From an uncultured delta proteobacterium (GTDB lineage Bacteria; Desulfobacterota; Desulfobaccia; Desulfobaccales; 0-14-0-80-60-11), in contig CAVPBF010000004.1 of assembly GCA_963701845.1 (NCBI GenBank), forward strand, positions 124,449-188,448: 64,000 nt of DNA, read 5' to 3'. Shown here in pieces: positions 28,245 through 39,387 of the stretch (positions within the stretch are counted from its first letter, which is position 1; each line of letters opens with the position of its first letter). The notes beneath the pieces were generated by a model, which saw only the letters and a list, made by a program, of their open reading frames with translations, did not search any database and was not told where the DNA came from. Position numbers and translations under genes: made by a program.

Positions 28245-30080
28245 ATGGCCGATACCGGAGTCAAGAAGATGGAAGAAGCACCTTCTCTGCGGGATAAGGA
28301 TTACCGCACCCTACTAGACAATGTCCCCGTACTGATCGTTCGTTTCGATACACAGTTGCGTCGGATTTATGTGAATCCTGCCTGGGAAGAAGCCATCGGC
28401 CTGTCCGCCGCAGATGTCATAGGCAAGGGGGTCAACGAAATTCCCGAACTCCCGGCTATTGCCAATCTTGTGGACAAGCTCCAAAAAGTCCTGAAAAGCG
28501 GTACCCCTGAAAAAATGGAGTTCAGTTGGGCAAATGCGCGTGGCAAAACCATCTTCCTGGAATTTGTCATCGTGCCGGAATACGACCGTCAAGGGGAAAT
28601 GATCAGTCTATTAGCCGTTGGGGTCGACCAGACCGAGCACAGACAGGCGGAAGAGCAGCTAAAGAATAATGAAAGGAACCTTCGCACCACTATCGAAACC
28701 ATTCCGGCCTATGTCTTTAGCGCTCTGCCTGATGGCTCCTTCGATTTCGCCAGTCAAAATTGGTTTGATTATTCGGGTCTCTCTCCAGAAGAGGTCTATG
28801 GTTGGGATTGGACGGACGTAGTCCATCCCGAAGACCGCGACCAGGCGGTGGAGAAATGGCGTGAATCCATGGCGACAGGGGTACCGGGAGAGAACGAACA
28901 CCGCGTTCGGCAAGCAAATGGAGAATATCGCTGGTTCCTGGCTCGCAACGCAGCCTTGCGAGACGAAAATGGACACATTATCAAGTGGTATGTGGTCCTG
29001 ATGGATATCGAGAACCAAAAGCGCACCGAGGCGCGTCTCCTTCAGGCGCTCGACGAAATCAAAAAGTTGCAGAACCAGCTTTCGAAGGAAAACATTGTCT
29101 TACGGGAAGAAGTTGATAGAACTTCAATGTTCGAAGAGATCGTGGGGGCCTCACCGGCTCTGAAGGCTGTGTTGGCCCGCATCGACAAAGTCGCCCCGAC
29201 CGACTCCATCGTCTTCATCACCGGGGAAACGGGCACGGGCAAGGAACTCGTGGCTCGAGCCATCCACAAGCGGTCGCCGCGTGCCTCGCGAGCCTTTGTG
29301 AGTGTCAATTGTGCGGCAATTCCTGCACCGTTGATTGCTTCCGAATTATTCGGCCATGAAAAAGGAGCTTTCACCGGAGCCCATCAGCGGCGCCTCGGCC
29401 GTTTCGAATTGGCAGAAGGAGGCACGATCTTTCTGGATGAAATCGGCGAACTGCCGATGGAGACCCAGATTGCCCTGCTCCGGGTGCTGCAGGATCAAAA
29501 ATTCGAGCGTCTGGGTGGTAACCAGCCGATCCGATCCAATGCCCGGGTGATTACCGCCACCAATCGTGATTTGCCAGCCGCCATCGCAGCCGGCAGCTTT
29601 CGGAGCGATCTATTCTACCGCCTGAATGTATTCCCCATCCAAATACCTCCCCTGCGTGAACGCCAAGAAGACATCCCCATACTGGTGGAGTACTTCATCC
29701 AGCGCTATGCCAGCAAGCTGGGGAAGAAAATACGGAGCGCCAGCAGGAAGACCATGGATCTGCTTCAATCATACTCCTGGCCGGGCAATATTCGTGAGCT
29801 GCAGAATGTCATTGAACGCTCGATTATCGTCTGTGACACGGAAATTTTTTCCGTCGATGAGAACTGGTTGGTTCGTGAGTCTTGCCAGCCTCAGCCGGCG
29901 GGCCAACCGCTCTCCTACATGCTGGTGACTCAAACCAAAGAGATGATCGAAGCTGCCTTGGCTGAGAGCGGCGGCCGGGTGTCCGGACCGTCAGGTGCGG
30001 CCGCCAGGCTGGGAATGCCCGCCTCGACTCTGGAATCGAAGATCAAATCCCTCAAAATCAACAAATATCTCTTCAAGTAA
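28245..30080 (+). CDS. sigma-54-dependent transcriptional activator (PAS-PAS-AAA+-HTH bEBP)
   Basis: Two PAS-like segments. AAA+ core with GETGTGKE (Walker A), ELFGHEKGAFTGA (GAFTGA loop), TIFLDEIGE and RVITATNRDL. C-terminal Fis-type HTH (GGRVSGPSGAAARLGMPASTL). Confidence 0.9.
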   Translation: MADTGVKKMEEAPSLRDKDYRTLLDNVPVLIVRFDTQLRRIYVNPAWEEAIGLSAADVIGKGVNEIPELPAIANLVDKLQKVLKSGTPEKMEFSWANARGKTIFLEFVIVPEYDRQGEMISLLAVGVDQTEHRQAEEQLKNNERNLRTTIETIPAYVFSALPDGSFDFASQNWFDYSGLSPEEVYGWDWTDVVHPEDRDQAVEKWRESMATGVPGENEHRVRQANGEYRWFLARNAALRDENGHIIKWYVVLMDIENQKRTEARLLQALDEIKKLQNQLSKENIVLREEVDRTSMFEEIVGASPALKAVLARIDKVAPTDSIVFITGETGTGKELVARAIHKRSPRASRAFVSVNCAAIPAPLIASELFGHEKGAFTGAHQRRLGRFELAEGGTIFLDEIGELPMETQIALLRVLQDQKFERLGGNQPIRSNARVITATNRDLPAAIAAGSFRSDLFYRLNVFPIQIPPLRERQEDIPILVEYFIQRYASKLGKKIRSASRKTMDLLQSYSWPGNIRELQNVIERSIIVCDTEIFSVDENWLVRESCQPQPAGQPLSYMLVTQTKEMIEAALAESGGRVSGPSGAAARLGMPASTLESKIKSLKINKYLFK

Positions 30081-30116
30081 TCCACATAGAAGCTGCACCA
30101 CCCGCATCAACTCATT

Positions 30117-30153
30117 TTTCACGAACTTTCGCAGACTCTCGAAGAATCACGAC
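30117..30153. promoter_or_regulatory. candidate enhancer (UAS) for P3, an inverted copy of 28102-28137
   Basis: tttcacgaactttcgcagactctcgaagaatcacgac. Lies 44-80 bp upstream of the P3 -24 element, mirroring the P2 arrangement. Confidence 0.5.
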
Positions 30154-30195
30154 TGACAAATTAGTTGCGATGCCGTAATTTCAATAACTTACGAT

Positions 30196-30211
30196 TGGCA
30201 TTGCCATTGCA
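30196..30211 (+). promoter_or_regulatory. sigma-54 (-24/-12) promoter P3
   Basis: TGGCATtgccaTTGCA, with GG-N10-GC spacing exact. About 105 bp upstream of the ORF starting at 30316. Confidence 0.65.
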
Positions 30212-30315
30212 TTCATAGCAGACAGAAAGGTCATGGCGCGGTGTTAAATCCACCCAACCGCGGGACGGCGATAACACAATCTTCACAATCTTCGCGCTCA
30301 TGAAATGGTGAGGTT

Positions 30316-30609
30316 ATGCCTGATAAAGAGACATTTCAAAAAGAAACAAGGGCTAAGCTAACAAAGTGGAGCAAAATAATTAATGAGCTAAGCGCTGAGG
30401 GCGAGGAAAAGCTAATAAAGCGCAGCCGAGACTTCAATCGTTTTTGTAAGAAGGGGATCACGATCTACGATTGTTATGTGGAAGCGAGGCGAAAGTTCGA
30501 AGAATTTGCCACAACCGACGATGCAACATGGGAAAGACAGGCTTCAGACATCGAGAATGTTATCAAAGAAATGGATCATCTCTGGGAAACGCTGTTTGCA
30601 AAACAATGA
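30316..30609 (+). CDS. hypothetical 97-aa helical protein
   Basis: First ORF downstream of P3. Charged, coiled-coil-like composition. No family recognised. Confidence 0.5.
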   Translation: MPDKETFQKETRAKLTKWSKIINELSAEGEEKLIKRSRDFNRFCKKGITIYDCYVEARRKFEEFATTDDATWERQASDIENVIKEMDHLWETLFAKQ

Positions 30610-30711
30610 ATCAAATAAGACTGCCGTTAGTTAAGGCTATTTAACTTTTTAGCAGCTTAATTGGACTGGTAGTGAAACGAAACAAGTTGCTGGAACAGGA
30701 GCAATAAACCG

Positions 30712-30978
30712 ATGACGTTGAAAATCCAGAGGCATATCAAAAAGGATAACGCCAGGTTTAACCTGTGTGGTCAAATCGACGCAAAGGAGCTGCCTGAGTT
30801 GCGAAGACTTTTGGCAGCAGAAGAACAAAAATATTTGGTTCTCGATTTAAAAGAGGTCAAGCTTATTGATCGGGAGGCGTTGAGATTCTTGGTTCGCTGC
30901 CAAGAAAGTGGCATTAAGGTTGAAAATTGCCCGGCATACATCCGGGAATGGCTTTCCAGAGAAGCAACCCAAAGCTAA
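30712..30978 (+). CDS. small STAS-domain-like protein (anti-sigma-antagonist fold)
   Basis: 88 aa. The pattern ..FNLCGQIDAKELPELRRLL....YLVLDLKEVKLIDREALRFLV fits the STAS core (G-x-l-D ... vvlDl..v.fiD..gl..L). Confidence 0.5.
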   Translation: MTLKIQRHIKKDNARFNLCGQIDAKELPELRRLLAAEEQKYLVLDLKEVKLIDREALRFLVRCQESGIKVENCPAYIREWLSREATQS

Positions 30979-31012
30979 CCAGGGTGCATGCACCCGACCC
31001 AAAGGTAAAACG

Positions 31013-31114
31013 ATGATTGGCAATATGCCTGATCTTGGCTTAATAATATTAGTTGGGGATATAACTTTAATATTACTTTTTTTGTTAGTTTTACTTATTT
31101 ATTCCAAAAAGTAA
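31013..31114 (+). CDS. possible 33-aa TM micro-protein
   Basis: MIGNMPDLGLIILVGDITLILLFLLVLLIYSKK. Weak RBS. Last ORF of the P3 unit. Confidence 0.25.
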   Translation: MIGNMPDLGLIILVGDITLILLFLLVLLIYSKK

Positions 31115-31366
31115 AGAATAGATTATTAACTTGTTACAATGAAATAATTACTTAACCCATTAAAAAATAACACAGACCCATTTGATTGGCTAGGCTCGGA
31201 GCTTTTTTCTCCTTCTGGAGGAGCACAATCGAAACCTGGATAAGGCTAATAATGAAGCTGAGCTTCAGACTAAAGCCGCCGGGCAGGTGGTGCAGCACAT
31301 AGCAATACATCGAGGATCAAGGATACAGCGACGTATTCTTTATCCTCAAAAACGGAGGGAAAAAAC

Positions 31367-32068
31367 ATGAGCGAAATCGAGTGTCAATTGTGCCGGAACC
31401 ATTTCAAGACGGGCCAAGTGATGAAGGCCAATCTACTTGAAGAACCTATTGTTCAAATGATCAGGGAAAAATACCCGGAATGGTCCTCTGAAGGCTATAT
31501 CTGCCTGCCCGATCTATATCTCTTCCGCAGTCGCTACGTGACTGAGATCCTCAAAACATCCAGCCAGGAGATTTATAGCCTGGGGAAGGAGATGGATAAA
31601 GAAGAACAGGCCACGTCCCGGAACATCAATAAAGAATTTGACAGCAGCCTTACCCTGGGAGAGCGGTTCGCCGACGCTCTGGCCAAGTTTGGGGGAAGCT
31701 GGACTTTCATAAGTATTTTCATAGCCATGATAGTCATTTGGATGGGCATTAACGGCTTTGTTTTCATGAAACAGCCTTTCGATCCCTATCCGTTTATCCT
31801 GCTCAACCTGGTGCTATCCTGTCTCGCCGCCTTTCAGGCGCCGGTGATCATGATGAGCCAGAACCGCCAGGAGGCGAAGGACCGCCTCCGGGCTGACCAA
31901 GACTTTGAGATCAATCTCAAGGCGGAAATTGAGATTCGCAAGCTGCACGAGAGGATGGACCATCTCCTGATGCATCAATGGCAACATCTGATGGATATTC
32001 AGCAGCTTCAGGTGGAAATGATGAAGGAAATCAGCCAGGTTTCCGTCAAAGAAGCAAATAATAATTGA
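31367..32068 (+). CDS. DUF1003 family membrane protein
   Basis: GGSWTFISIF..FDPYPFILLNLVLSCLAAFQAPVIMMSQNRQEAKDRLRADQDFEINLKAEIEI matches the DUF1003 core. An N-terminal CxxC-containing extension is present. Confidence 0.8.
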   Translation: MSEIECQLCRNHFKTGQVMKANLLEEPIVQMIREKYPEWSSEGYICLPDLYLFRSRYVTEILKTSSQEIYSLGKEMDKEEQATSRNINKEFDSSLTLGERFADALAKFGGSWTFISIFIAMIVIWMGINGFVFMKQPFDPYPFILLNLVLSCLAAFQAPVIMMSQNRQEAKDRLRADQDFEINLKAEIEIRKLHERMDHLLMHQWQHLMDIQQLQVEMMKEISQVSVKEANNN

Positions 32069-32099
32069 CTACGGTTATCGCTTTTCCCAAAGGTGCCTC

Positions 32100-32396
32100 A
32101 TGGAAACTCCAACTACGTTCTTTAAGGTCGTCGCTGCTGCTCTATTTCTATCGCTAACATTCTTGCATGCGGACAGCCTGAGAGCCGCAGCCGGACCTGA
32201 ACGCTTAAATAACTTCGAGTCGCAGGCCAGTATCACCGATAACAAAACGCGGTATAACCACGACAAAGAGGGGGGTGAAGAACCGGAACAAAAGCATGAG
32301 CGGTTTGCAGTGTTGGAGTGGCTGATCCGGGAAAAATTGATGCAACAGTATCAAAGTATGGATTTTCCCGCCAACCTCGACGTGGACGATTATTAA
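32100..32396 (+). CDS. hypothetical secreted protein (98 aa)
   Basis: Signal-peptide-like N-terminus (FFKVVAAALFLSLTFLHADS). No family recognised. Confidence 0.4.
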   Translation: METPTTFFKVVAAALFLSLTFLHADSLRAAAGPERLNNFESQASITDNKTRYNHDKEGGEEPEQKHERFAVLEWLIREKLMQQYQSMDFPANLDVDDY

Positions 32397-32515
32397 TAAG
32401 TAGTTAAGTGGCTAAAAGCCATTAATCTTGAGTCCAAAGGCAAGTCAACGTAATCAGGATGAGCCAGAATCGCCAGGAGGCGAATGACTGCCTCACCCGT
32501 AAAAGGAAATGAATT

Positions 32516-34195
32516 TTGCTTAACTGGCTGGCCGACATGCCAAACACGCAACCCATCGCCCACGGCGTCATCGTTCTCTGTCTGGTGGCAGCCTCGGGAC
32601 TGGCCCTCGGAAGCATCCGGGTCCGGGGGTTCAGTCTGGGCATCGCAGGAACGCTCTTTGCCGGCCTTTTCTTTGCTCACTTCGGCTTCAATTTGGACCC
32701 GTCCTTCCGTGCCTTCATCCAGGAATTCGGCCTGGTCCTCTTCGTGTATACCATCGGTCTGCAAGTGGGTCCGGGGTTCGCAGCTTCATTAAGACGCCAA
32801 GGCCTGTCGTTAAATCTGCTGGCGGCGGGCATTGTACTCTTGGGGGTGGCGGTGACGGTGGCGCTGTGTATGCTTTTGGGCATCGATCTGGGCATCGGCG
32901 CCGGCATTTTCGCCGGCGCCACCACCAACACCCCGGCCTTGGGGGCAGCCCAGGCGGCCTTGCAGACCTTACCTAACATTAGCGGGTCGAAAGCGGCTGA
33001 CTCCGCCATGGGATATGCCGTCGCTTATCCTTTCGGGATGCTGGGGATAATCCTGGCAATGGTGTTGGTCAAATCATGGTTTCGCCTGGACGTCCCCATG
33101 GAATTGAAGTCCTTCCAGGCTTCCCAACAGGCCGGCCGGGAACCCTTCGCCCGCATGACAGTTCGGGTAACCAACCCCAACCTGACCGGAATCCCTCTGA
33201 GCGGCATCCCCCATTTGGGGACCCCCGGCGTGGCGGTATCCCGCCTTAGACGTGCAGGTGAAACCGAGGTCAGGCTGGCCCTGGAAGATACCCCGGTGTA
33301 TCCGGGGGACCTGTTGCTGGCCGTTGGACCCAAGGACGATCTGAAGAGGTTTCAAATGACGGTGGGCGAGGAAAATCCAGAGGATTTGACTTTGGATTCC
33401 GGCCTTTTAACGTCCCGACAGGTACTGGTGACCCGGACCGAAGTCGTAGGTAAATCTCTGGGTGAGTTACATGAGCGTTATCCAGTCGAATTAAAGGCGA
33501 CGCGCCTAACCCGGGCCGGCCTGGATATGAGCATCTTTCCGAATTTGCGCCTCAGGTTCGGCGATGTGTTGTGGCTGGTGGGAAGCAAAGGGAATCTGGA
33601 CCGGGCGGCGGAAGTTCTGGGAAACTCCATCAAAGAGCTTAACTTGGTGAGGCTAGTGACCCTGTTCCTGGGAATGGCCCTGGGAGTGCTGGTGGGTTGC
33701 TACCCGTTCACGGTGGGGAGCATGCCGGCGCCGCTTCGACTCGGCCTGGCAGGAGGGCCGCTACTCACCGCCATTATTTTAAGCCGCATCGGCTGCACCG
33801 GACCCTTGCTTTGGTATCTGCCGACGAATGCGAACCTGCTCCTCAGGGAGTTTGGCATCGTTTTATTCCTGTCCTGTGTTGGTCTCAAGTCCGGAACGCA
33901 TTTTGTGGAAACACTAGTCCGGGGTCAGGGCTTCCTGTGGATGGCCATGGGGGCGGTCATAACCTTGGCGCCCATCATGATCATTTCCCTGCTCGCCCGC
34001 ATGGTCTTGAAAATGAATTTCATCAACCTGTGCGGCTTGGTGGCGGGAAGCCAGACCGATCCGCCGGCCCTGGTCTTCGCCCACGCGATGTGCGGCTCGG
34101 AGGATCCTTCCATCGCGTATGCGTCAGTATATCCGTTAACCATGGTGCTCCGCATCGCCGCGGCGCAAATGCTGGTGTTGTTTTTTGCCAGTTGA
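32516..34195 (+). CDS. YidE/YbjL-type (AAE family) transporter with two central RCK_C/TrkA_C domains
   Basis: 559 aa with duplicated membrane halves flanking two soluble RCK_C-like segments (..RMTVRVTNPNLTG..GDLLLAVGPKDDL.. and ..SRQVLVTRTEVVGKSLGEL..GDVLWLVGSKGNL..). Confidence 0.85.
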   Translation: MLNWLADMPNTQPIAHGVIVLCLVAASGLALGSIRVRGFSLGIAGTLFAGLFFAHFGFNLDPSFRAFIQEFGLVLFVYTIGLQVGPGFAASLRRQGLSLNLLAAGIVLLGVAVTVALCMLLGIDLGIGAGIFAGATTNTPALGAAQAALQTLPNISGSKAADSAMGYAVAYPFGMLGIILAMVLVKSWFRLDVPMELKSFQASQQAGREPFARMTVRVTNPNLTGIPLSGIPHLGTPGVAVSRLRRAGETEVRLALEDTPVYPGDLLLAVGPKDDLKRFQMTVGEENPEDLTLDSGLLTSRQVLVTRTEVVGKSLGELHERYPVELKATRLTRAGLDMSIFPNLRLRFGDVLWLVGSKGNLDRAAEVLGNSIKELNLVRLVTLFLGMALGVLVGCYPFTVGSMPAPLRLGLAGGPLLTAIILSRIGCTGPLLWYLPTNANLLLREFGIVLFLSCVGLKSGTHFVETLVRGQGFLWMAMGAVITLAPIMIISLLARMVLKMNFINLCGLVAGSQTDPPALVFAHAMCGSEDPSIAYASVYPLTMVLRIAAAQMLVLFFAS

Positions 34196-34269
34196 GCATC
34201 CTTTACTATATCGGTGGGGATGATTATTTTGTCTTTTAACTTAAGTAGTTGAGCAAGAGGAGAAAAACC

Positions 34270-35868
34270 ATGGAAAGTCAATTCGCCAGCAGTTATGGCC
34301 TGGAAAAGCATGGGATCAAGAATACGGGCTTCGTTTATTGGAATCTCTCCACTCCTCTATTGTACGAGGAGGTCATCCGGCGCCGGGAAGGTCGTATGGC
34401 TCACTTGGGGCCTTTAGTGGTCCGCACCGGCGAGTATACCGGGCGCTCCCCTAATGACAAGTTCGTGGTGAAGGAGCCTTCCAGTGCAGACAAGGTCTGG
34501 TGGGGTCAGGTGAACAAGGCCATGGCACCGGAGCGGTTTGCCTCCCTGCAAAACCGGCTGCTGGCCTATCTCCAGGGGAAAGACCTTTTCATCCAGGATT
34601 GCTTCGCCGGGGCCGATCCCGCCTACCGCCTGCCCATCCGGGTGATCACCGAGACTGCCTGGCACAATCTCTTCGCCCGCAACATGTTCATCCAGGCCAA
34701 CGCCGAGGAGCTGGCCAGCCATGTGCCACAGTTCACGGTGATCAATGCCCCTAACTTCCACGCGGTTCCCGAAGTGGACGGCACGCGCTCGGAGGTCTTC
34801 ATTGTCATTCATTTCGGCCAGAAGCTGGTGCTCATCGGCGGCACTCAGTATGCCGGGGAAATCAAAAAGTCCATCTTCACCGTGATGAATTATCTCCTGC
34901 CCCAAAAGCAGGTGCTTTCCATGCACTGCTCAGCGAATACGGGGCCGTCAGGAGATGTGGCCATTTTTTTCGGGCTTTCCGGCACCGGCAAGACGACCCT
35001 GTCCGCCGACCCGGGACGCACGTTGATCGGGGATGACGAACACGGCTGGAGCGACAAAGGCATTTTCAATTTCGAGGGAGGCTGCTACGCCAAGGTCATC
35101 AAATTATCCCCCACCGCGGAGCCGGAGATCTACGAGACCACCCGGCGCTACGGGACCATCCTGGAAAACGTCGGTTTCGACAGTTGGACCGGACGCCTGG
35201 ACCTGAATGACGACTCACTGACAGAAAATACCCGGGCCGCCTATCCCATCAGCCACATCCCTAATGCCACGCGGGAAGGTCTGGGAGGACATCCCAAAAA
35301 CATCATCATGCTCACCTGCGACGCCTTCGGCGTGTTGCCGCCTGTGGCGAAACTCACTCCGGCCCAAGCCATGTATCATTTTCTATCCGGCTATACCGCC
35401 AAGGTGGCGGGGACCGAAAAAGGGGTCACTGAACCCAGCGTTACCTTCAGCACCTGCTTCGGCGCACCCTTCATGGCCCTGCCTCCAACGGTATACGCCA
35501 ACCTCTCGGGAGAAAAGATCGCGGCCCACAACGTAGACGTCTGGCTGGTGAACACCGGTTGGAGCGGCGGCCCTTACGGTGTGAGACAGCGCCTGGACAT
35601 TGGCCATACCCGGGCTTTGGTGCATGCAGCTTTGGATGGTTCGCTTTCCAAGGTCCCCATGACCACCGAGCCCCTTTTTGGTCTGGCCGTCCCTACCGAA
35701 TGTCCGGGAGTTCCAGCGGAAATCCTCACCCCCCGAAACACCTGGAGCGATAAAGCTGCATACGATGCCCAGGCCAAGAAGCTGGCAGGCATGTTTGCCG
35801 AAAACTTCAAAACCTTTGCGGACCAGGTGAACTCAGAGGTGCGCCAGGCAGGGCCGCAACCAGTTTAG
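34270..35868 (+). CDS. pckA: phosphoenolpyruvate carboxykinase (ATP)
   Basis: [11 protein letters not shown] kinase-1a motif, [14 protein letters not shown] and IGDDEHGW. Start at 34270 behind GAGGAG. Confidence 0.92.
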   Translation: MESQFASSYGLEKHGIKNTGFVYWNLSTPLLYEEVIRRREGRMAHLGPLVVRTGEYTGRSPNDKFVVKEPSSADKVWWGQVNKAMAPERFASLQNRLLAYLQGKDLFIQDCFAGADPAYRLPIRVITETAWHNLFARNMFIQANAEELASHVPQFTVINAPNFHAVPEVDGTRSEVFIVIHFGQKLVLIGGTQYAGEIKKSIFTVMNYLLPQKQVLSMHCSANTGPSGDVAIFFGLSGTGKTTLSADPGRTLIGDDEHGWSDKGIFNFEGGCYAKVIKLSPTAEPEIYETTRRYGTILENVGFDSWTGRLDLNDDSLTENTRAAYPISHIPNATREGLGGHPKNIIMLTCDAFGVLPPVAKLTPAQAMYHFLSGYTAKVAGTEKGVTEPSVTFSTCFGAPFMALPPTVYANLSGEKIAAHNVDVWLVNTGWSGGPYGVRQRLDIGHTRALVHAALDGSLSKVPMTTEPLFGLAVPTECPGVPAEILTPRNTWSDKAAYDAQAKKLAGMFAENFKTFADQVNSEVRQAGPQPV

Positions 35869-35920
35869 ACCTGGCCAGGCGGCCTCGAAGCAGGATGCCT
35901 TAACCACAGGAGTCTGGATA

Positions 35921-36898
35921 ATGATTCAAATTCATTATAAAGAAATCGGGCTGGTGAATACCCGGGAGATGTTTGGTGAGGCCATGGCCGGGCATTATGC
36001 CGTGCCGGCATACAATTTCAACAATCTGGAGCAGCTCGAAGCCATCATCATCGGCTGCATCCAGTCCAAATCTCCAGTAATTCTCCAGTGCTCGGGCAGC
36101 GCCCGTAAATATATGCACGAGGCCATGGTGCCCCATCTAGTCAAAGGGGCGGTGGAAATGATGGAAGCGATGGGCGCAAGAATCCCCATCGCCCTGCACC
36201 TGGACCACGGCGACACCCCGGAGTTGGCCAAATCCTGCATCGACTCAGGCTTCTCTTCGGTGATGATTGACGGCTCCCATCATCCCTTCGCGGAAAACAT
36301 CCGTCTCACCAAACAAGTGGCGGAATATGCCCACGAACAGGAGGTCACGGTGGAAGGAGAGTTGGGGGTGCTGGCCGGGGTGGAGGACGAGGTCTCCGCC
36401 GCGGACTCCCATTACACCCGGCCCGCGGAGGTGGAAAAATTTGTCAAACAGACGGGGGTGGATTCCCTGGCCATCTCCATCGGCACCTCCCATGGGGCCT
36501 TCAAATTCAAGGTGAAGCCCGGCGAAGAACCGCCGCCTCTGAGGTTTGACATCCTGGAAGAGATCGAGCGCCGCCTGCCGGGATTTCCCATTGTGCTGCA
36601 CGGCGCCTCTACGATCATGCCCGAATACGTGGACTTGATCAACCGGTTTGGCGGCCGGATGGAAGAGGCGGTGGGCATCTCCGAAGAGCAGTTGCGTAGA
36701 GCCGCCCGCTCGGCGGTTTGCAAAATTAACATCGACAGCGACGGCCGCCTGGCCATAACCGCGGTGCTTAGGAAGATTTTCGCTGAAACCCCCGGAGAGT
36801 TTGATCCGCGCAAGTATCTGGGCGCGGCTCGAGACGAACTCGTCAAAATGGTCAAATATAAGAACGAGCATGTGCTGATGAGCGCCGGAAAAGCCTGA
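35921..36898 (+). CDS. fba: class II fructose-1,6-bisphosphate aldolase
   Basis: YAVPAYNFNNLEQ, ALHLDHGD, VEGELG and ISIGTSHGAFKF. Confidence 0.9.
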   Translation: MIQIHYKEIGLVNTREMFGEAMAGHYAVPAYNFNNLEQLEAIIIGCIQSKSPVILQCSGSARKYMHEAMVPHLVKGAVEMMEAMGARIPIALHLDHGDTPELAKSCIDSGFSSVMIDGSHHPFAENIRLTKQVAEYAHEQEVTVEGELGVLAGVEDEVSAADSHYTRPAEVEKFVKQTGVDSLAISIGTSHGAFKFKVKPGEEPPPLRFDILEEIERRLPGFPIVLHGASTIMPEYVDLINRFGGRMEEAVGISEEQLRRAARSAVCKINIDSDGRLAITAVLRKIFAETPGEFDPRKYLGAARDELVKMVKYKNEHVLMSAGKA

Positions 36899-36918
36899 GA
36901 CCTCTATAGGAGAGAGCC

Positions 36919-39386
36919 ATGGGAAATCAGCAAAAGTCTCAAGGAGAAAGACCTCGCACCGGAACCAGCCCGGAGACCCTAGCCCAGGCCATCCTGGATA
37001 ACCTTTATTACATTCGGGGATGCCCCCCTGAACTGGCCACGAAGAACGACTGGTATATGGCTCTGGCCTATACGGTGCGGGACCGGCTGCTGGACAACTG
37101 GGTGCGAACCCTCAGGCATCTCAAGGAAGACGTCAAGGTGGTGAGTTACCTTTCGGCAGAATTTTTGCTGGGGCCGCATTTGGGCAACAACCTCAATAAT
37201 TTAGGCATTTGGGAGCAAATCAAAGAAGGCGTGTCTCGACACGGACTCAAGTTAGAAGACCTCCTCGAACAGGAAAGCGAGCCCGGCCTGGGAAACGGCG
37301 GCTTAGGAAGGTTGGCCGCCTGCTACCTGGACTCCCTGGCCACCCTGGACGTTCCTGCCCTCGGATACGGCATCCGCTACGAATTCGGCATCTTCGACCA
37401 GGAAATCCGGGACGGTTGGCAAGTGGAGATCACGGACAAATGGCTGGAAATGGGCAATCCCTGGGAGATCTGCCGGCCAGAGATCGCCCATCGGGTAGGC
37501 TGGAAGGGCCACACAGAAATCTACCTTGACGCTAACGGCCAAGAGCGGCGGCGCTGGGTTCCGGATCAGCGTGGTGAAAGGTGTGGCTCACGACTATCCG
37601 GTCTCTGGCTACCGGAACCGGATCACCGGTCTCCTGCGTTTATGGAAAGCGGAAGCGGTGAAGTCCTTCGATTTTGCTGATTTCAACGTTGGAGACTACT
37701 ACGGCGCCGTCGAGGAAAAGGTGATCTCGGAGACCGTCAGCAAAGTGCTTTACCCCAATGACGAGCCCGCAGTGGGAAAAATGCTCAGGTTGGCGCAGCA
37801 GCATTTCTTCGTTTCCTGTTCGCTGCAGGATATGATCCGGATTCACTTGCTGAGGAAAAAAGATGTAGAGACCTTCCATGAGAGCTTCGCTATCCAGCTC
37901 AATGATACCCACCCCGCCATCGCGGTGGCGGAGTTGATGCGCCTCTTGGTGGATGAATACTTTCTCCCCTGGGAGCAGGCCTGGGAGATCACCTGCAAGA
38001 CTATGGCCTACACCAATCACACCCTTTTACCCGAGGCCCTGGAGACCTGGCCACTCGGGTTCTTTGGCGAATACCTGCCCCGGCACCTTGAAATCATCTA
38101 CGAGATTAACCAACGATTTTTGGATGAGGTGCGCCTCAAATTTCTCCTGGACGAGGAGAAGGTCAGGCGGCTGTCGCTGATTGACGAGACCGGGGGCCAA
38201 TCGGTGCGGATGGCGAATCTGGCCTGTGTAGGCAGCCATGCCATCAATGGAGTGGCGGCACTCCATACCGAACTCCTGAAACAGACAGTGCTCAAGGACT
38301 TTTATGATCTATGGCCGGAGAAGTTCGTCAATGTGACGAACGGTGTTACTCCCCGGCGGTTTCTGGCTCTGAGCAATCCCGGACTGAGCGGGCTTATCAC
38401 TGACAAAATCGGTCCTGGCTGGGTTAAAAATTTGGAACAACTCAGACGCCTGGAGGAATTCGCCGAAGATCCGGAATTCCACCGGGACTGGCGCCGGGTG
38501 AAGCTTGCGAATAAACAGACATTGGCGGCTGTTATCAAGGAGCGGACCGGAGTCGTAGTCAATCCAGAAAGCCTCTTCGATATCCAGGTGAAACGCATTC
38601 ACGAATACAAGCGGCAGCATTTGAACGTTCTGCATATCATTACCCTATTTAATCGCCTGAAAAGGCACCCGGAACAGGAACTCACTCCCCGCACCTTTAT
38701 ATTCGGGGGTAAGGCGGCGCCCAGCTATTTCATGGCCAAGCTGATCATCAAGCTCATCAATTCGGTGGCGGAGGTGGTGAATAAGGACCCAGAACTCAGG
38801 GACCGCCTTAAGGTGGTGTTCTTTCCGGATTTCAACGTGAAAAACGGCCAGATCATTTATCCTGCGGCCGACCTCTCGGAGCAAATCTCCACCGCTGGGA
38901 AGGAGGCCTCCGGGACCGGTAACATGAAGTTCGCCATGAACGGCGCCCTTACCATCGGCACGCTGGACGGCGCCAACGTGGAAATCAGGGAAGAAGCAGG
39001 GCAGGAAAATTTCTTTCTCTTCGGGCTTACTGCCGGGGAGGTGCAAGGCTTGAAGGCCGGAGGCTATTCTCCTCATCAATATTACCATGACCAGCCGAGA
39101 GCTTAAGGAAGCCCTGGACCTTGTCAGTTCAGGGTTCTTCTCCCACGGCGACCGTGAACTGTTCAAGCCCCTGGTGGATTCGCTGTTATACCACGACGAC
39201 TATCTCTTGCTGGCCGACTACCGCTCTTACGTGGACCGCCAGGATGACGTGGGCAACATTTTCCGGGACGAGAGACGCTGGGCCCGGATGTCCATCCTCA
39301 ACGCGGCGCGTATGGGCAAATTCTCCTCGGACCGGGCCATCCTGGAATACTGTGAGAAGGTCTGGAGAGTCAGACCAATAAGGTAA
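36919..39386 (+). pseudogene. glgP: glycogen/alpha-glucan phosphorylase, two frame disruptions (about 37571 and about 39089)
   Basis: Three consecutive ORFs join into one GlgP: ..GLGNGGLGRLAACYLDS.., ..[28 protein letters not shown].. (PLP-Lys motif), and a C-terminal ..[17 protein letters not shown]...FSSDRAILEYCEKVW. Confidence 0.9.
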
Positions 39387-39387
39387 T

